Origin: Squalus acanthias
Taxonomy: Eukaryota
Direction of reading: 5' to 3'
Assembly: GCA_030390025.1 (NCBI GenBank)
Contig: CM059431.1
Coordinates: 104,286,001-104,350,000 of the forward strand
DNA length: 64,000 nt
The stretch's first letter is position 1. Each line of letters starts with the position of its first letter. The notes beneath the pieces are model-generated. The model worked only from the letters and a program-made list of their open reading frames with translations, was not told the origin of the DNA and ran no database searches. Shown one piece after another: positions 1 to 10,892 of the stretch. The translations under genes were made by a program, and so were the position numbers.

Positions 1-959
1 TCTAGGAATGGTGCACTGGTGTATTCTGAGTGCCCTTTAGTGCCAAAATAGAGCAACTATCTCACACTCACTTCATTCAATTGCAAACCCATTTGGCCAT
101 CCATGAAACAGGAAAAAGGATTTGTTGTGCTCCATCAGCAGTGTTGCCAGGCTCCAAGATTCCTCCAAACCCCCCAAAAGACCCATCTCCAATTCGGCAC
201 AGCCCCAGGACTACCTGCCTTGGTGCCAATTTGCAACAGCCCCACCCGCTCCTCACAATACTTCCAATGGCCTAGAGATTGGATTGTGCCCGAATCGGAG
301 CCTGATCTGAATGCAGCACGCGCTGCACATGCCCAATAAGGCCATCGGTAGGAACACGGAATATTGGACTACCGGTCTCATTCTGATAGTTCGGGCACCA
401 GTCGTGGCCTTCGAGCCAGTTTGCCTGTCACGAGGTGGGTGGGGAAGGGCAGGAGAGCGAATTTGGGCAGCTGGGGTACCAGCCGAAGTCCTCAGGTGAG
501 TCGGGAGGAGGGGGAGACCATAAGGAAGGGAGGGGGGTGGGGTGCAGACAATTGAGCACTCCTGGTAAGAGAAGGGTTAAAGTGAGAGAATTGTAAAGAA
601 CAGTGGGGGAAGAGCCCTCAAGGAATGATTTTACTCTGTGTCTAACCTAATCTGGCAGTTTGACACTGGGTGCCCATAGTAGAAAAGTGTTCCAATGCAC
701 AATGCTGATATCCCTTATCTAATGAGCCCAAAATGTTTTACTCTTATATCCCGCCATTGTTGCAGTGATCTGAAGGAGGCTGGAGATTGTGTAATGAGTC
801 TTAATACTCGTAATACTTAATACTGTATGTTCAATCGCCCAGATGAGTTGTGTAGCCCATGAAATCTTTTCAACGTTCTGGGCAGGGTGAGAGGCAAACC
901 ACATACAGCACATTGAAACCTCATCGCCTCCTTAAGAGATTGGAAGAGGCCAGATATAC

Positions 960-1027
960 TGATCGCATTTCCTGATTTTAATCACTCCACCATTGGCGGT
1001 TGTGCCGTCAGCTGCTGAGGCCCTAGG
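960..1027 (+). mobile_element. L2-type LINE 3' fragment; the remainder of the tail resumes at 4511-4633
   Basis: Similar to the L2 3' regions at 24295-24667 and 37160-37912 (GATTTTAATC..CCACCATTGGCGG..TCAGCTGC). Confidence 0.55.
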
Positions 1028-1033
1028 CCCACA

Positions 1034-1292
1034 GTGTCATCTGTGGCTCAGTTGGTAGCACCCTCACCTCTGAGTCAGAAGGTTGTGGGTTCAAAGTCCC
1101 ACTCCAGAGACTTGAGCACAAAATTCTAGGCTGACACTTCCAGTGCAGTGCTGAGGGAGCGCCGCACTGTCGGAGGTGCTGTCTTTCGGATGAGATGTTA
1201 AACCAAATCCTCGTCTGCTCTCTCAGGTGGATGTAATTTATCCCACGGCACTGTTTCGAAGAAGAGCAGGTGCATTATCTCTGGTGTCCTGG
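1034..1292 (+). mobile_element. DeuSINE (SacSINE1-like), 5' half only
   Basis: tRNA-like head GTGGCTCAGTTGGTAGCA...GGTTCAA and core GTCTTTCGGATGAGATGTTAAACC; matches the full copy at 34649-35117; breaks off at 1292. Confidence 0.8.
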
Positions 1293-1318
1293 CATCCGAT
1301 CAAGCTGCGCAGCACGAG

Positions 1319-2401
1319 GTGTGCGTGCTTTACGGGGCGTGGTTACTGGGCGAGGGCCGCAGTAATTTGGAGGATTTAAAACAAGGTTTGGTCCCGTCCT
1401 GGATAAGTAACAAACACCTGCGGGCGCTCCACCCTTTTCAGAACGCATTAAGTCCGTGCCAGCTCAGGCTAGCTTCAGAAGCTTACCCAGTCCCCGTGGA
1501 CTGCGGACGATCAAACCATACTATTATGGGAATAGTATTACGCATGCCGGTTTTGGGCGACACAGCAAAGCCCGCCCCGGTGTATCGGGTAGAGAACATT
1601 GGTGTCATTCAGGGGGGAGCCCACATTCGTTACGCAGCGGTTCCACCTTACGTCATCCGCTGGGAGCAAACGATGACAGGTACAGATCTCTCTGGTTGTC
1701 GTGGCAGGGGAGCACACATAATACTGTGCCCCCAGCACTTGAATGCCTTTTTAACACCACAGTGCGGGTTCAGAACGACTGGCGCCAAGTCCATGAATTG
1801 CACCATGGAGGCAATGGCACAAGATCATGTGCCTCCGCAGGTAGCATACATCGGGGGTGGAACATATTGTGTTACCACTGCAGCGCAACACTACCAGCAT
1901 GGAAACCGTAGCCGGTGTCCGGTGAGTGACAGCAGTTTCTGTTTTAAACCCAGGGCGGAAGTTCAAGTAGCACAACAGCGAATTATCCCAATCCCTGAAC
2001 CATCCACTGTTCATCTCACAGTAAAAGAGAATTTCACCGACTTGCAGCGATTCGTCGCGCATTTTGGATACCTCATTCCCCCTCTCCCTGAACACCTCAC
2101 CAAACTTTTAAAAGCCGTCGCGGTGTCACAGAAACACTTTTACACATTAGAACAGAAAACTGTCGAAATAGGAACAGACATTCTGGATATAGTAGTTCCA
2201 CCGTGGTGGAATCTGTTCACTAATATTGAAGTGCCTTCATGGATCAGAATAGCCTCCCACATTTTAGTCGTATGCCAAGTTTTCATTGTAGTGTACCTAT
2301 TGGTCGTACATTGTAAAAGAGACAAGCGCCTCACCAAGCATGAAAACACGGGAGAGTGGCGAGAACGTTACGTGCGCGTGCACGATGAAAGCACCGTGTG
2401 A
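1319..2401 (+). CDS. env: C-terminal ~360 aa of a retroviral-like envelope/fusion glycoprotein (open frame, N-terminus deleted)
   Basis: Cys-rich ectodomain, heptad region, TM IASHILVVCQVFIVVYLLVV, short tail; about 20 aa differences from the minus-strand copy by eye. Confidence 0.8.
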   Translation: MCVLYGAWLLGEGRSNLEDLKQGLVPSWISNKHLRALHPFQNALSPCQLRLASEAYPVPVDCGRSNHTIMGIVLRMPVLGDTAKPAPVYRVENIGVIQGGAHIRYAAVPPYVIRWEQTMTGTDLSGCRGRGAHIILCPQHLNAFLTPQCGFRTTGAKSMNCTMEAMAQDHVPPQVAYIGGGTYCVTTAAQHYQHGNRSRCPVSDSSFCFKPRAEVQVAQQRIIPIPEPSTVHLTVKENFTDLQRFVAHFGYLIPPLPEHLTKLLKAVAVSQKHFYTLEQKTVEIGTDILDIVVPPWWNLFTNIEVPSWIRIASHILVVCQVFIVVYLLVVHCKRDKRLTKHENTGEWRERYVRVHDESTV

Positions 2402-2852
2402 TCGGAAAATGGCGTCACTCCCGCTCGCCACGTGCGCCGCGGAAGTTTGTACTCGATGATGATTTTCAGAGATTGTAAATACGTTGGGAACTCGACACGT
2501 TTTGAGAGTTGGTGTTGATTATTTTGGTGATGGTGTTACAGTTAAAAATGATTGTTTGGTTTTGGGTTTTGTTTTTCCTTTCCCTGAATAAAAGATGAAT
2601 ATACAGGTGATACGAGAGGCATCGGCCTGGTTACGCCGGGAAGGAAAACAAGTGGTGTAAGTTTAAGGGCAAATAATGCCTACGGTGATATAAAATGTAA
2701 TTTTCTTGGGAAATAAGGACGACACAGAGACCCTAGCTAGGTTAAATTTTATGGGATTAATTTGCTGGATTCGGAGAGAAATCGAGATAATATTGCTCAC
2801 CACTATGATTTTTGATACGATAAGCGGAGTTATTCGCATCAACAGGAGGGAC

Positions 2853-4510
2853 TGTAGAATTCGCAATATATCGCGATTTTATTAATAAGGAGAAAACACA
2901 GAGTTTCGTTCAAACAGCTTTTATTTCAGCAGAATGCTGGCAGGTTTAAAGTGGACACAAGCAGCCTGTAAAATGGCCGCCGCACCTCGTGACAGAACAT
3001 TCTAGACTTTTCAACAGGCAGACAAGATGGCGTTCCAATAAACATTTGTGCAAGATCGATTAAGATTCAGCACAGTGAAGATAATACACGAGACATTATG
3101 GGTTTGCAGTATACACATAGATACTGAAATCGGTCTCCCAGGTACAAAGGAAAGCCATTGTACCGAGTAATCAAGGGCCCATCCAAAAGACATTAATATG
3201 TAAAATCCCAACGACTCTACGATGAGAGAGCCGTTAGCAGGTAGTTTTACATTCAATTGGAAGCCCCAAACCCCTCCAGGGAGAACACCGACCGATTTAA
3301 CAATGGGAGAGCTATTAACAGGTACTCAGACATTTACGAGTAGCCCCGAAACCCATTAAGAACGGAGATCACCCATACAAGACATTTGAGCGCCAGATCT
3401 TAAACAAAAGAATGGACATTATAGTTGGGCGGGAAACGGAAGATTTTTGCACTATAATTGCAGGCTCCAAACCGTCCATCTTTCTCTTGCTGCTCTTATC
3501 ATCGTGGCTGCTCCTGTGCTCTTGTTTTTGTAACCTCGTGGCTGCTCCTGTGTACTCGTAGTTGGGCTCGCTCCTGCTTGCCTGTTGCCTCTTCTGAAAA
3601 GACTGTTGAACTTTCTGATCCGTTCGGATCTACCTCGTGTCGCGTAACGAAGACCTATATTGGTAACCGGTATCGGAACCAAAAGGCCCGAGATGAGATG
3701 AGATGAGATGAGATGAGAAGAGAGGAAGACCATATCCATCGCCACGGTCAGTAAATCCCGACCGCGCCTGTAGGTCGATTAGCCAAGTTTTCCTTGCCAG
3801 GAAGACTTCTTCGAACTTGCAAAGAAACATATCGTATCGATGATATCGACAACTGTGCTCGAAGAGTACCTGTTAAACCAACCAACACAGGTCTTCATCA
3901 CAGCAGACGTTCCAGCCTGCTAGCCGGAGCAGCAGAAGCAAGTAAACAAGCGGGACCAGGAGATCTCCTGACCGACACGTGGGTGCTGCGGTGAAAAACA
4001 TCCGAGCAGCTATTCGGAATTTCTCCGAGTTATCACGAGTGGTGAGCATGAGTCTCGAGATCCTACGAATCTAGTTTAGGATAGATATTGATAGGGGAGG
4101 GTTTAAGGATTAAGGATATTTGTAATGTGTGCCCCTATTTACTTTGTGCCGTTCGTTCCTCGTTTCCCTAAGATCGACTATATAACTGTTTGTAAGATTG
4201 TACTGTCATTAATCTGTGCTTATGACATGTATTTCATAATCTTAAGTATCATGCAATAAAGATTTTCCATTTCGTACCATTCAAACCGAGTCTACATGAG
4301 TTTCATCTCCATTACTGCTCTCGCATCTAAGTCCAGTGTCTAGAACCGTAAGGGAGAGTGATTCGAACCACTCACAGGTGTGTCTAGTGTTCCCAGACTG
4401 GCTGGAGACCAGAACAGGCAACGAGGCCTAGACCCGCACTGACATACAGGCTGCACAGAGCCGCGTGAATCTCACAGGCTGCGAGACACGCACGGTCAGA
4501 ATCCCTTACA
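2853..4510 (+). repeat. 3' LTR (1658 bp) of the truncated element
   Basis: TG..CA termini, follows the PPT, AATAAA at 4255-4260, (GAGAT)n at ~3690-3717, patchy homology to LTR 12698-14358. Confidence 0.85.
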
Positions 4511-4633
4511 TGTGCTAATATCTCCTGACGTGGCTCGATATCGAATTCTGTCTAATTACGCTCCTGTGAAGAGCCTTGGGATGTTTTACTCCATTAAAGG
4601 CGCTATATAAATGCAAGATGTTGTTGTTGTTGT
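4511..4633 (+). mobile_element. L2-type LINE 3' tail
   Basis: CTCCTGTGAAG..CCTTGGGA..AAAGGCGCTATATAAATGCAAG(TTG)n, as in the other L2 tails in the window. Confidence 0.75.
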
Positions 4634-4637
4634 TAAG

Positions 4638-6753
4638 TGTAAGGGGTTTCGGTCGTAGGTACTTGTGCGGGGTTAGGCCTTCGTTGCCTAATACTATTGC
4701 TTGCTCTGGTCTCCAGCCAGCCTTGTTGCAATAAGCACCTGTGAGTGGTTCGACCCACTCGCCCTTACGGTTCTAACACTGGACTTAGGTGCGAGAGCAG
4801 TAATGCAGAGAAAAACTCAAATAGACCCGGTTGAATAGTACGAAATGGAAATCTTTATTGCATAACGTCCAAAATCATGAAGTACATGTCATAGGCACAA
4901 ATTAATGACATTACAAGTATACATACATTCATAAAACTTGGTCTAGGGTAATGAGGAACGCACGGCACATCGTAAAAAGGGGAACACATTATATTTATCC
5001 TTAATAAAATCACCCTCCCCTATCAATACCTACACTAATCTAGATTTGTAGGATCGAGGAAACATGCTCACCACTCGTGATACTTCGGAGAATTTTAAAG
5101 TAAGGCACTCGGCTTGTTTCGCTGCAACACCTGACCGTCACGTGTTGGAAAGGGTCTCTGTACCCCACTTGTTTATCTTCTCTGATCCGGCTAGCAGGCT
5201 GGGCTCCCCGTTGTCATGAAGAACTCGACAGTGCTCGGGGCCCGGCTGTAGAACTCAAAGAAAAGTCTTTCTGGACCGACACCAGTTGTCGATAGAATTC
5301 GAAGAAAAGTCTTTGACCAGTTCATGCAGTAACCTGTAGAGTTCAAAAATGGTCTATATATTTTCGGGCGCGGTCGGGGTTTACTGACCGCGGCGGCACG
5401 TGGATTCTTCTTCTTCTCTTCTCATCTCGTCTCGTCTCATCTCTTCGGGCCTTCGGGTCCAGAACACCGTTTACCGACCCTCGGGATGGTGCACCCGGTC
5501 ACTGGCCTTCGTTGAGGCGGCTCGCTCCAAATTGAGCTCCACCCAACATAGGAGAATAAAAGTTCAGCCCGCGTCCAGAGTCAGTTCAAATGAATCAGCC
5601 CCGGGAGGATCAGAGGAATAAGAGAGTTCAGCAGCCAGCAGCAAGATAAGAGTCAAGAGCCAAGAGACCGATGGACATTTGTGCTGTGTTCCCTTATCTC
5701 CCACCCAAATCTTAATGTTCATCCTTTGTAAAATCTTGGCGCTCAAAATTCCCAGTATGGGGTGATTCTTTCCTTTAATGGGTTTCGGTAGCACCTTAAA
5801 CTGGCCAACTATCCGTTGGGCAACACGGTGGCATAGTGGTTAGCACTGGTGCCTCACAGCGCCAGGGACCCGCGTTCGAATCTGACCTCGGGTGACTGTC
5901 TGTGTGGAGTTTGCACATTCTCCCCGTGTCTGCGTGGGTTTCCTCCGGGTGCTCCGGTTTCCTCCCACAGTCCAAAAATGTGCGGGTTAGGTTGATTTGG
6001 CTATGATAAATTGACCCTTAGTGTTAGGGGGTGTTAAATATGTGGGGTTACGGGGATAGGATAGGATATGTTAGGGGGAATTAAATACGTGGGGTTACGG
6101 GGATAGGGTGGGATATGTGTCGGTGCAGGCTCGATGGGCCGAGATGGCCTCTATCTGTACTGTGGGGATTCTGTGTGAGAAAGCAGGGACAGGGTACTGG
6201 ATTTGGATGATCAGCCATGATCGTATTGAATGGTGGAGCAGGCTCGATGGGCCGAATCTCCTGCTCCTAGTTTCTATGTTTCTATGTAATGTTTTCCCCA
6301 TTGTCGAGCCGGCTAGGAGTCTCCCTGACTGGTTTTGGGGCCTCCTCGAATACTGACTTAATCACCTGAGAATGGCTCTCTCATTGTAGAGCCGTGGGGA
6401 ATTTGCGTATTGATGTATCTGGATGGGCCTTCGATTGCCCAGTACAATGGTCCTTACTTGTGCATGGAAAATGATTCCAGCACTTATCTCTTGCTATTTT
6501 GTCGAATGCAGACAGGTTGCATCCTGTCTTTATCAGTGTTTGCTGCGTATTAACCAATCTTATACTGAAATGTTTATTCGAACGCCATCTTGTCTGCCCA
6601 CTGTATTCTGGAAGCTTCTGCCACGATGCTCGGCGGCCATTTTACAGGCTTCTGTGTCCTTTATATCATGACAGCATTTCGTTGAAATAAAACTGATGAA
6701 ACGAATCTGCTTCTATCTCGTTATTTCGAATCGCGATAATTGCGAATTTTACA
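4638..6753 (-). repeat. 3' LTR (interrupted by a SINE at 5818-6287)
   Basis: Direct repeat of 12698-14358 with roughly 20-25 substitutions and one 16-bp indel by eye; minus-strand AATAAA at 4854-4859. Confidence 0.95.
5818..6287 (+). mobile_element. HE1-like V-SINE inserted in the 3' LTR
   Basis: tRNA head, V-domain TGTGTGGAGTTTGCACATTCTCCCCGTGTCTGCGTGGGTTTCCTCCGG, CR1-type tail (TTTCTATG)n; absent from the 5' LTR. Confidence 0.9.
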
Positions 6754-6765
6754 GCCCCTCCTGTT
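6754..6765 (-). promoter_or_regulatory. Polypurine tract
   Basis: Minus strand AACAGGAGGGGC directly before the LTR TGT. Confidence 0.8.
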
Positions 6766-7185
6766 GATGCGAATAACTCCGCTTATCGTATCAATTAAAA
6801 GTTGTGGTGAGCAAAATTATCCCGATTCTCCACATCCAAACACTCCCTTAACTTAAACTATCTAGGGTCTCCATGCCGTCCTCATTTCCCAGGGAAAATT
6901 ACATTATCTAACTTGGACAAAACCGTAGGCAGTATTGCCTTTTAAACTTACATCGCGTATACGTCTTCCAGGTGCAACAGGCCGATGCCTCTCGCACCAC
7001 CTGTATATGTATTTTATTATACAAGGAAAAAACTAATCAAACAACCATTTTAACAATACAAAAGTTAAAAATAATCAAACAACTCTTTTAAAATACAAAG
7101 TTCCAGACTTGGTTACATATCTACATAACTGAACAATCAATTACAAAACACACATGGTAAAATGGAGCGGCGTCATCCTGGCCGT

Positions 7186-9535
7186 TTACGCGGCGCTTTC
7201 CTCGTGCATGCGCACGTAACGTTCTCTCCACTCTCCTGTGTTCTCCTGCTTTGTGAGGCGCTTGCCTCTCTTGCAGTGCACGACCAATAGGTACACTACA
7301 ATTATTACTTGGCACACAACTAAAATGTGGGAGGCTATCCTGATCCATGAAGGCACTTCAATATTGGTGAACAGGTCCCACCACGGTGGGATTACTATGT
7401 CTAGAATTTCTGTCCCTATCTCGACAGTCTTTTGTTCTAGGGTGTAAAAATGTTTTGCGATACCGCGACGGCTTTCAAAAGCTTGGTGAGGTGTTCAGGG
7501 AGAGGGGGAATGATGTATCCGAAATGCGCGACGAATCGCTGCAAGTCGGTGAAATTCTCTTTTACTGTTAGATGAACAGTGGATGGTTCAGGGATCGGGA
7601 CAATTCGCTGTTGTGCCACTTGAACATCAGCCCTGGGTTTAAAACAGAAACTGCTGTCACTCACCGGACACCGGCTGCGGTTTCCATGCTGGTAGTGTTG
7701 CGCTGCAGTGTTAACGCAATATGTTCCACCCCCTATGTATGCCACCTGCGGAGGTACATGATCTTGTGTCATTGCTTCCATGGTGCAATTCATGGGCTTC
7801 GCACCAGCCATTCTGAACCCGCATTGTGGTGTTAAAAAGGCATTCAAGTGCTGGGGACACAGGATTATGTGTGCTCCCCGGCCACGACAACCTGAGAGAT
7901 CGGTACCTGTCATTGTTTGCTCCCAGCGGATGACGTAAGGTGGGACCGCTGCGTAGCGAATGTGGGCTCCCCCCTGAATGACACCAATGTTCTCCACCCG
8001 ATACACCGGGGCGGGCTTTGCTGTGCCGCCCAACACCGGCATACGTAACACTATACCCATGATGGTATGGTTTGACCGTCCGCAGTCCACGGGGACTGGG
8101 TATGCCTCTGAGGCTAGCCTGAGCTGGCACGGGCTTAATGCGTTCTGAAAAGGGTGGAGCGCCTGCAGGTGTTTGTTACTTATCCAGGACGGGACCAAAC
8201 CTTGTTTTAAATCCTCCAAATTACTGCGGCCCTCGCCCAGTAACCATGCCCCGTATAGTACGCACACCTCGTTCTGCGCAGCTTGATCGGATGCATTCCG
8301 ATCTTCCCTAATCAGGGCATTTACCGTTCTCGCATGCTTCTCCAGTTCTGCTATAATTTCCTTTAAGTGTAGCGTCATGGCCTGGTCCTCATGTAACTCA
8401 GACCCTACTACCTTGTTTTCGCTTGTGAGGATGCTTTTTAATTGTGTTTTTAAACCATTGATCTGGGTCTGCAGCTCCACGTTGTCTAGAGCGTTGACCA
8501 CAGATGTTCCTGTATTAAAGGCGGTGAACATATCGTTCACAATACCCCTTCTTTGTCTCCCCACCTGACCCAAAACTTCGTGTGGTGTGGTGTACAAGCT
8601 TGTCTTGTCAATCTCTGCAAAATCAAACTCGTAGAATTGTCTGAACATGTTTGTCAACAGGACCTGGTACAATTGTTCCGTCTCTTTGGGGCACCACTCT
8701 GGCAACCGCACCTCAGTGAGATTTAAAATCACCGAGGCCACCGCGTAATGTACCCCCTGAAATAGTATCTGGTCTGTTGGGACCAGTACCAAACCATTCC
8801 CGGGCCCCTTAGTGGTTTTAGGGCACCCTTCCTCCTGAGCCAAAACCACCGGAATCGTGGGCGGGCCTTGCGTGGGCGCGTGATGAGTTCAGTGGCGTTT
8901 ACCGGGATCGGGGAGTATGGAGCTCCGCACCCCCTGGTGCTGACATCCCACCTCATCCCTTTCCCGTTATCCTGCCACTGGTTTACAAAAAATATGGATA
9001 TACCCTTGGGGCAAACGTACTTCGATCCCCACATACAAATATATATTCCCTCATCCGGTTCCCACCATTTGTCCCAACAGACTTTCAATTGTCCGTTAGT
9101 CCCCGTAATTGTCCGATGGGTATTGTTACCCAATCGCTCCCACTCAACCGAGGAATTTCTCATATTCTTGCTCAATTTCCATAACCACCACCATCGGCTC
9201 AATGGGACCTTCCCATTGCATGTCAAACAAATCCTTTTGCCGACGGTGACGCTGATTCTGGGGGCAATGATCCTCACTCTGGGGCACAGTAAAGAAGTCT
9301 CTTTGTAGGCAAATCCCGATGCACTGGAGTATTCCATTGAATTCGTTCCCAGCCATCCCGGCCACCTTCCCTTGTGGAAATAAGTGGCGGTCTCCTCAGC
9401 CTTTCGCTTCCCGGTCCCATCCGTCACGATGGGGGCCGTGTCCCCGGAGCAACCAAACACAACGACATCCTTGGTGAGGCCCCGATAGGCCAATCCATAT
9501 CCGATCGCTGCGAGCACTATCAGAATCCGTTCCAT
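7186..9535 (-). pseudogene. env: env: signal peptide + Ig-like domain + T/P linker + furin-cleaved fusion glycoprotein + TM; two 1-nt frameshifts (~8878, ~7452)
   Basis: MERILIVLAAIGYGLA signal; C..W..DEGIYIC Ig motif; RQRR|GIVNDMFTAFNTGTSVV followed by a heptad repeat; the 3' frameshift is resolved by comparison with 1319-2401 and the frame ends EESAA*. Confidence 0.8.
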
Positions 9536-9547
9536 CTTTCCTGGTTC

Positions 9548-9570
9548 CTGTGATCAGATAAAATGATGAA
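9548..9570 (-). promoter_or_regulatory. Putative splice acceptor for env mRNA
   Basis: Minus strand TTCATCATTTTATCTGATCACAG|GAACCAGGAAAG-ATG. Confidence 0.55.
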
Positions 9571-9812
9571 GCCAGCCTCCCCAGAGTCTCTGGCTTTTGT
9601 GAAGGGTGAGTGGGTCCCTTGACCTCGTCTCACGTATAACGACATGTATGCTGGATAGACTTTAACTATTCCTATCTCTAAACTCCCATCATTTATCTTT
9701 TACTTTTAAAATTAAACTACCAACTTACCAAACTTACAAACTATGACTTAAACTTATAACTTATCCTTAACTTATAAACTGTACAGCGCTGCCCGTTCCC
9801 AGGGCGGCCTAC

Positions 9813-10892
9813 CTAAATTCTGCGAAGGCTGCCACAAGGTTTTCCCAACAGTGGGAGGGCACTGACCCCTTCCTTTGATCTGCCGCAGCCTGTCGCTGCT
9901 GCGCTGGGACTGGGATCTCCCTGGGCTGCCTTGACCTTGAACTTACGCCTGGGGGCATACGGGGGACTTGACCACGCCTTCCTGGGCTGGGGTGTCCGAC
10001 CTGACCTACGGAGGGCTACATTGGACAAGGTTTCCAGGGCCGACGGACCGGGTACCGAGACTTCCACCGTCGCGGCCTGTGGTCCCACCACAGCCGCTGG
10101 CTCCGTCTCCCCTGGCTCCGCCTCCCTGAACTCGGGATTTGCAGTTTCTGGTACCACCCTGCTTGGCCCAGTATGTGGTCCTCCACTCGCAATCCCTACC
10201 TCCCCCAAGGGCAAGACTTCCAGGGCTGACGGACCGGGTTCCGAGACTTCCACCGTCACGACCTGTGGTCCTACCACAGCCGCTGGCTCCGTCTCCCCTA
10301 GCTCCGCCCCCCTGGGCTCGGGACCTGCAGTTTCTGATTCCACCCTGTGTGGATCTCCACTCGCAATCCCTATCTCCCCTAAGCTTGAGTCGAGGACGAA
10401 CCTTTCGTCCTCCGATCTCAGCACCTCTCCGATCGGGTCACTATCTTGGTCGAGCTCCTCGAGCTCTTCCTCATCAGAATCCCAACCCCAAGAAAAGATC
10501 TTACACATTCCTAGAATGTCCTCTCCGCTCAAGCAGGCTGCTTTACCGGTCTGTGTGCCCTGCTGTCCTGCTTGGGGCTCAGAGACCCCACTCGCAGGAC
10601 TGGCCCCTCCCCTAAGACAGGCCACCGCCCCTGCTTGTGCATTCTGTGAAATCTCGCCTGCTGGAGGCTGCAGATTTCTATTCTGTTTTAAATCCTCATA
10701 CTCCCTGCTCCTGGCTACCCTGTAGGCTGCTTTTATGTCTCTAAGCTGCCCTTCTAGCCCGTCTACTTTCCCCATTAAACGGGCGTTCTCCTCCCGTAAG
10801 GCCTGCTCTTTTAACCTGGCCTCCTTACAGGAGACCCCCTCCTGTGCGTGTCTTTCAAGGGGACACAGGTAGGCAGGCTGCACCGGTTCCAG
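9813..10892 (-). CDS. ORF2 in the pol position: coiled coil + acidic/Pro-rich repeats, no enzymatic domain; in frame with gag after TGA-CTG
   Basis: Open ~359 codons; coiled coil similar to the Gag N-terminal region; ~60-aa tandem duplication; LRRSGR..P motif near the end. Confidence 0.6.
   Translation of the reverse strand: MEPVQPAYLCPLERHAQEGVSCKEARLKEQALREENARLMGKVDGLEGQLRDIKAAYRVARSREYEDLKQNRNLQPPAGEISQNAQAGAVACLRGGASPASGVSEPQAGQQGTQTGKAACLSGEDILGMCKIFSWGWDSDEEELEELDQDSDPIGEVLRSEDERFVLDSSLGEIGIASGDPHRVESETAGPEPRGAELGETEPAAVVGPQVVTVEVSEPGPSALEVLPLGEVGIASGGPHTGPSRVVPETANPEFREAEPGETEPAAVVGPQAATVEVSVPGPSALETLSNVALRRSGRTPQPRKAWSSPPYAPRRKFKVKAAQGDPSPSAAATGCGRSKEGVSALPLLGKPCGSLRRI
10027..10384 (-). 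repeat. Two-unit ~180-bp coding tandem duplication in ORF2
   Basis: LGE(I/V)GIASG...ETEPAAVVGPQ..TVEVS.PGPSALE occurs twice. Confidence 0.85.

Larger units (their letters stand above)
1292..4510 (+). mobile_element. 5'-truncated env-bearing LTR element (3' part of env, 3' UTR, PPT, 3' LTR); relative of 4638-14358
   Basis: env homologous to 7186-8295(-); PPT AACAGGAGGG at 2841-2850; LTR TGTAG...CTTACA. Confidence 0.9.

Noticed and set aside
5400..5794. Short ORFs inside the LTRs (also 13460-14277 and 3452-3994) as accessory genes
   Set aside because: Short, non-ATG or microsatellite-derived, and not conserved between the two LTR types
5818..5895. tRNA-like sequences (also ~1040, ~34655, 60112)
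   Set aside because: These are SINE heads continuous with SINE bodies, not tRNA genes
9931..10725. 264-aa plus-strand ORF
   Set aside because: Antisense shadow of the GC-rich, repetitive ORF2; no independent start context or domain
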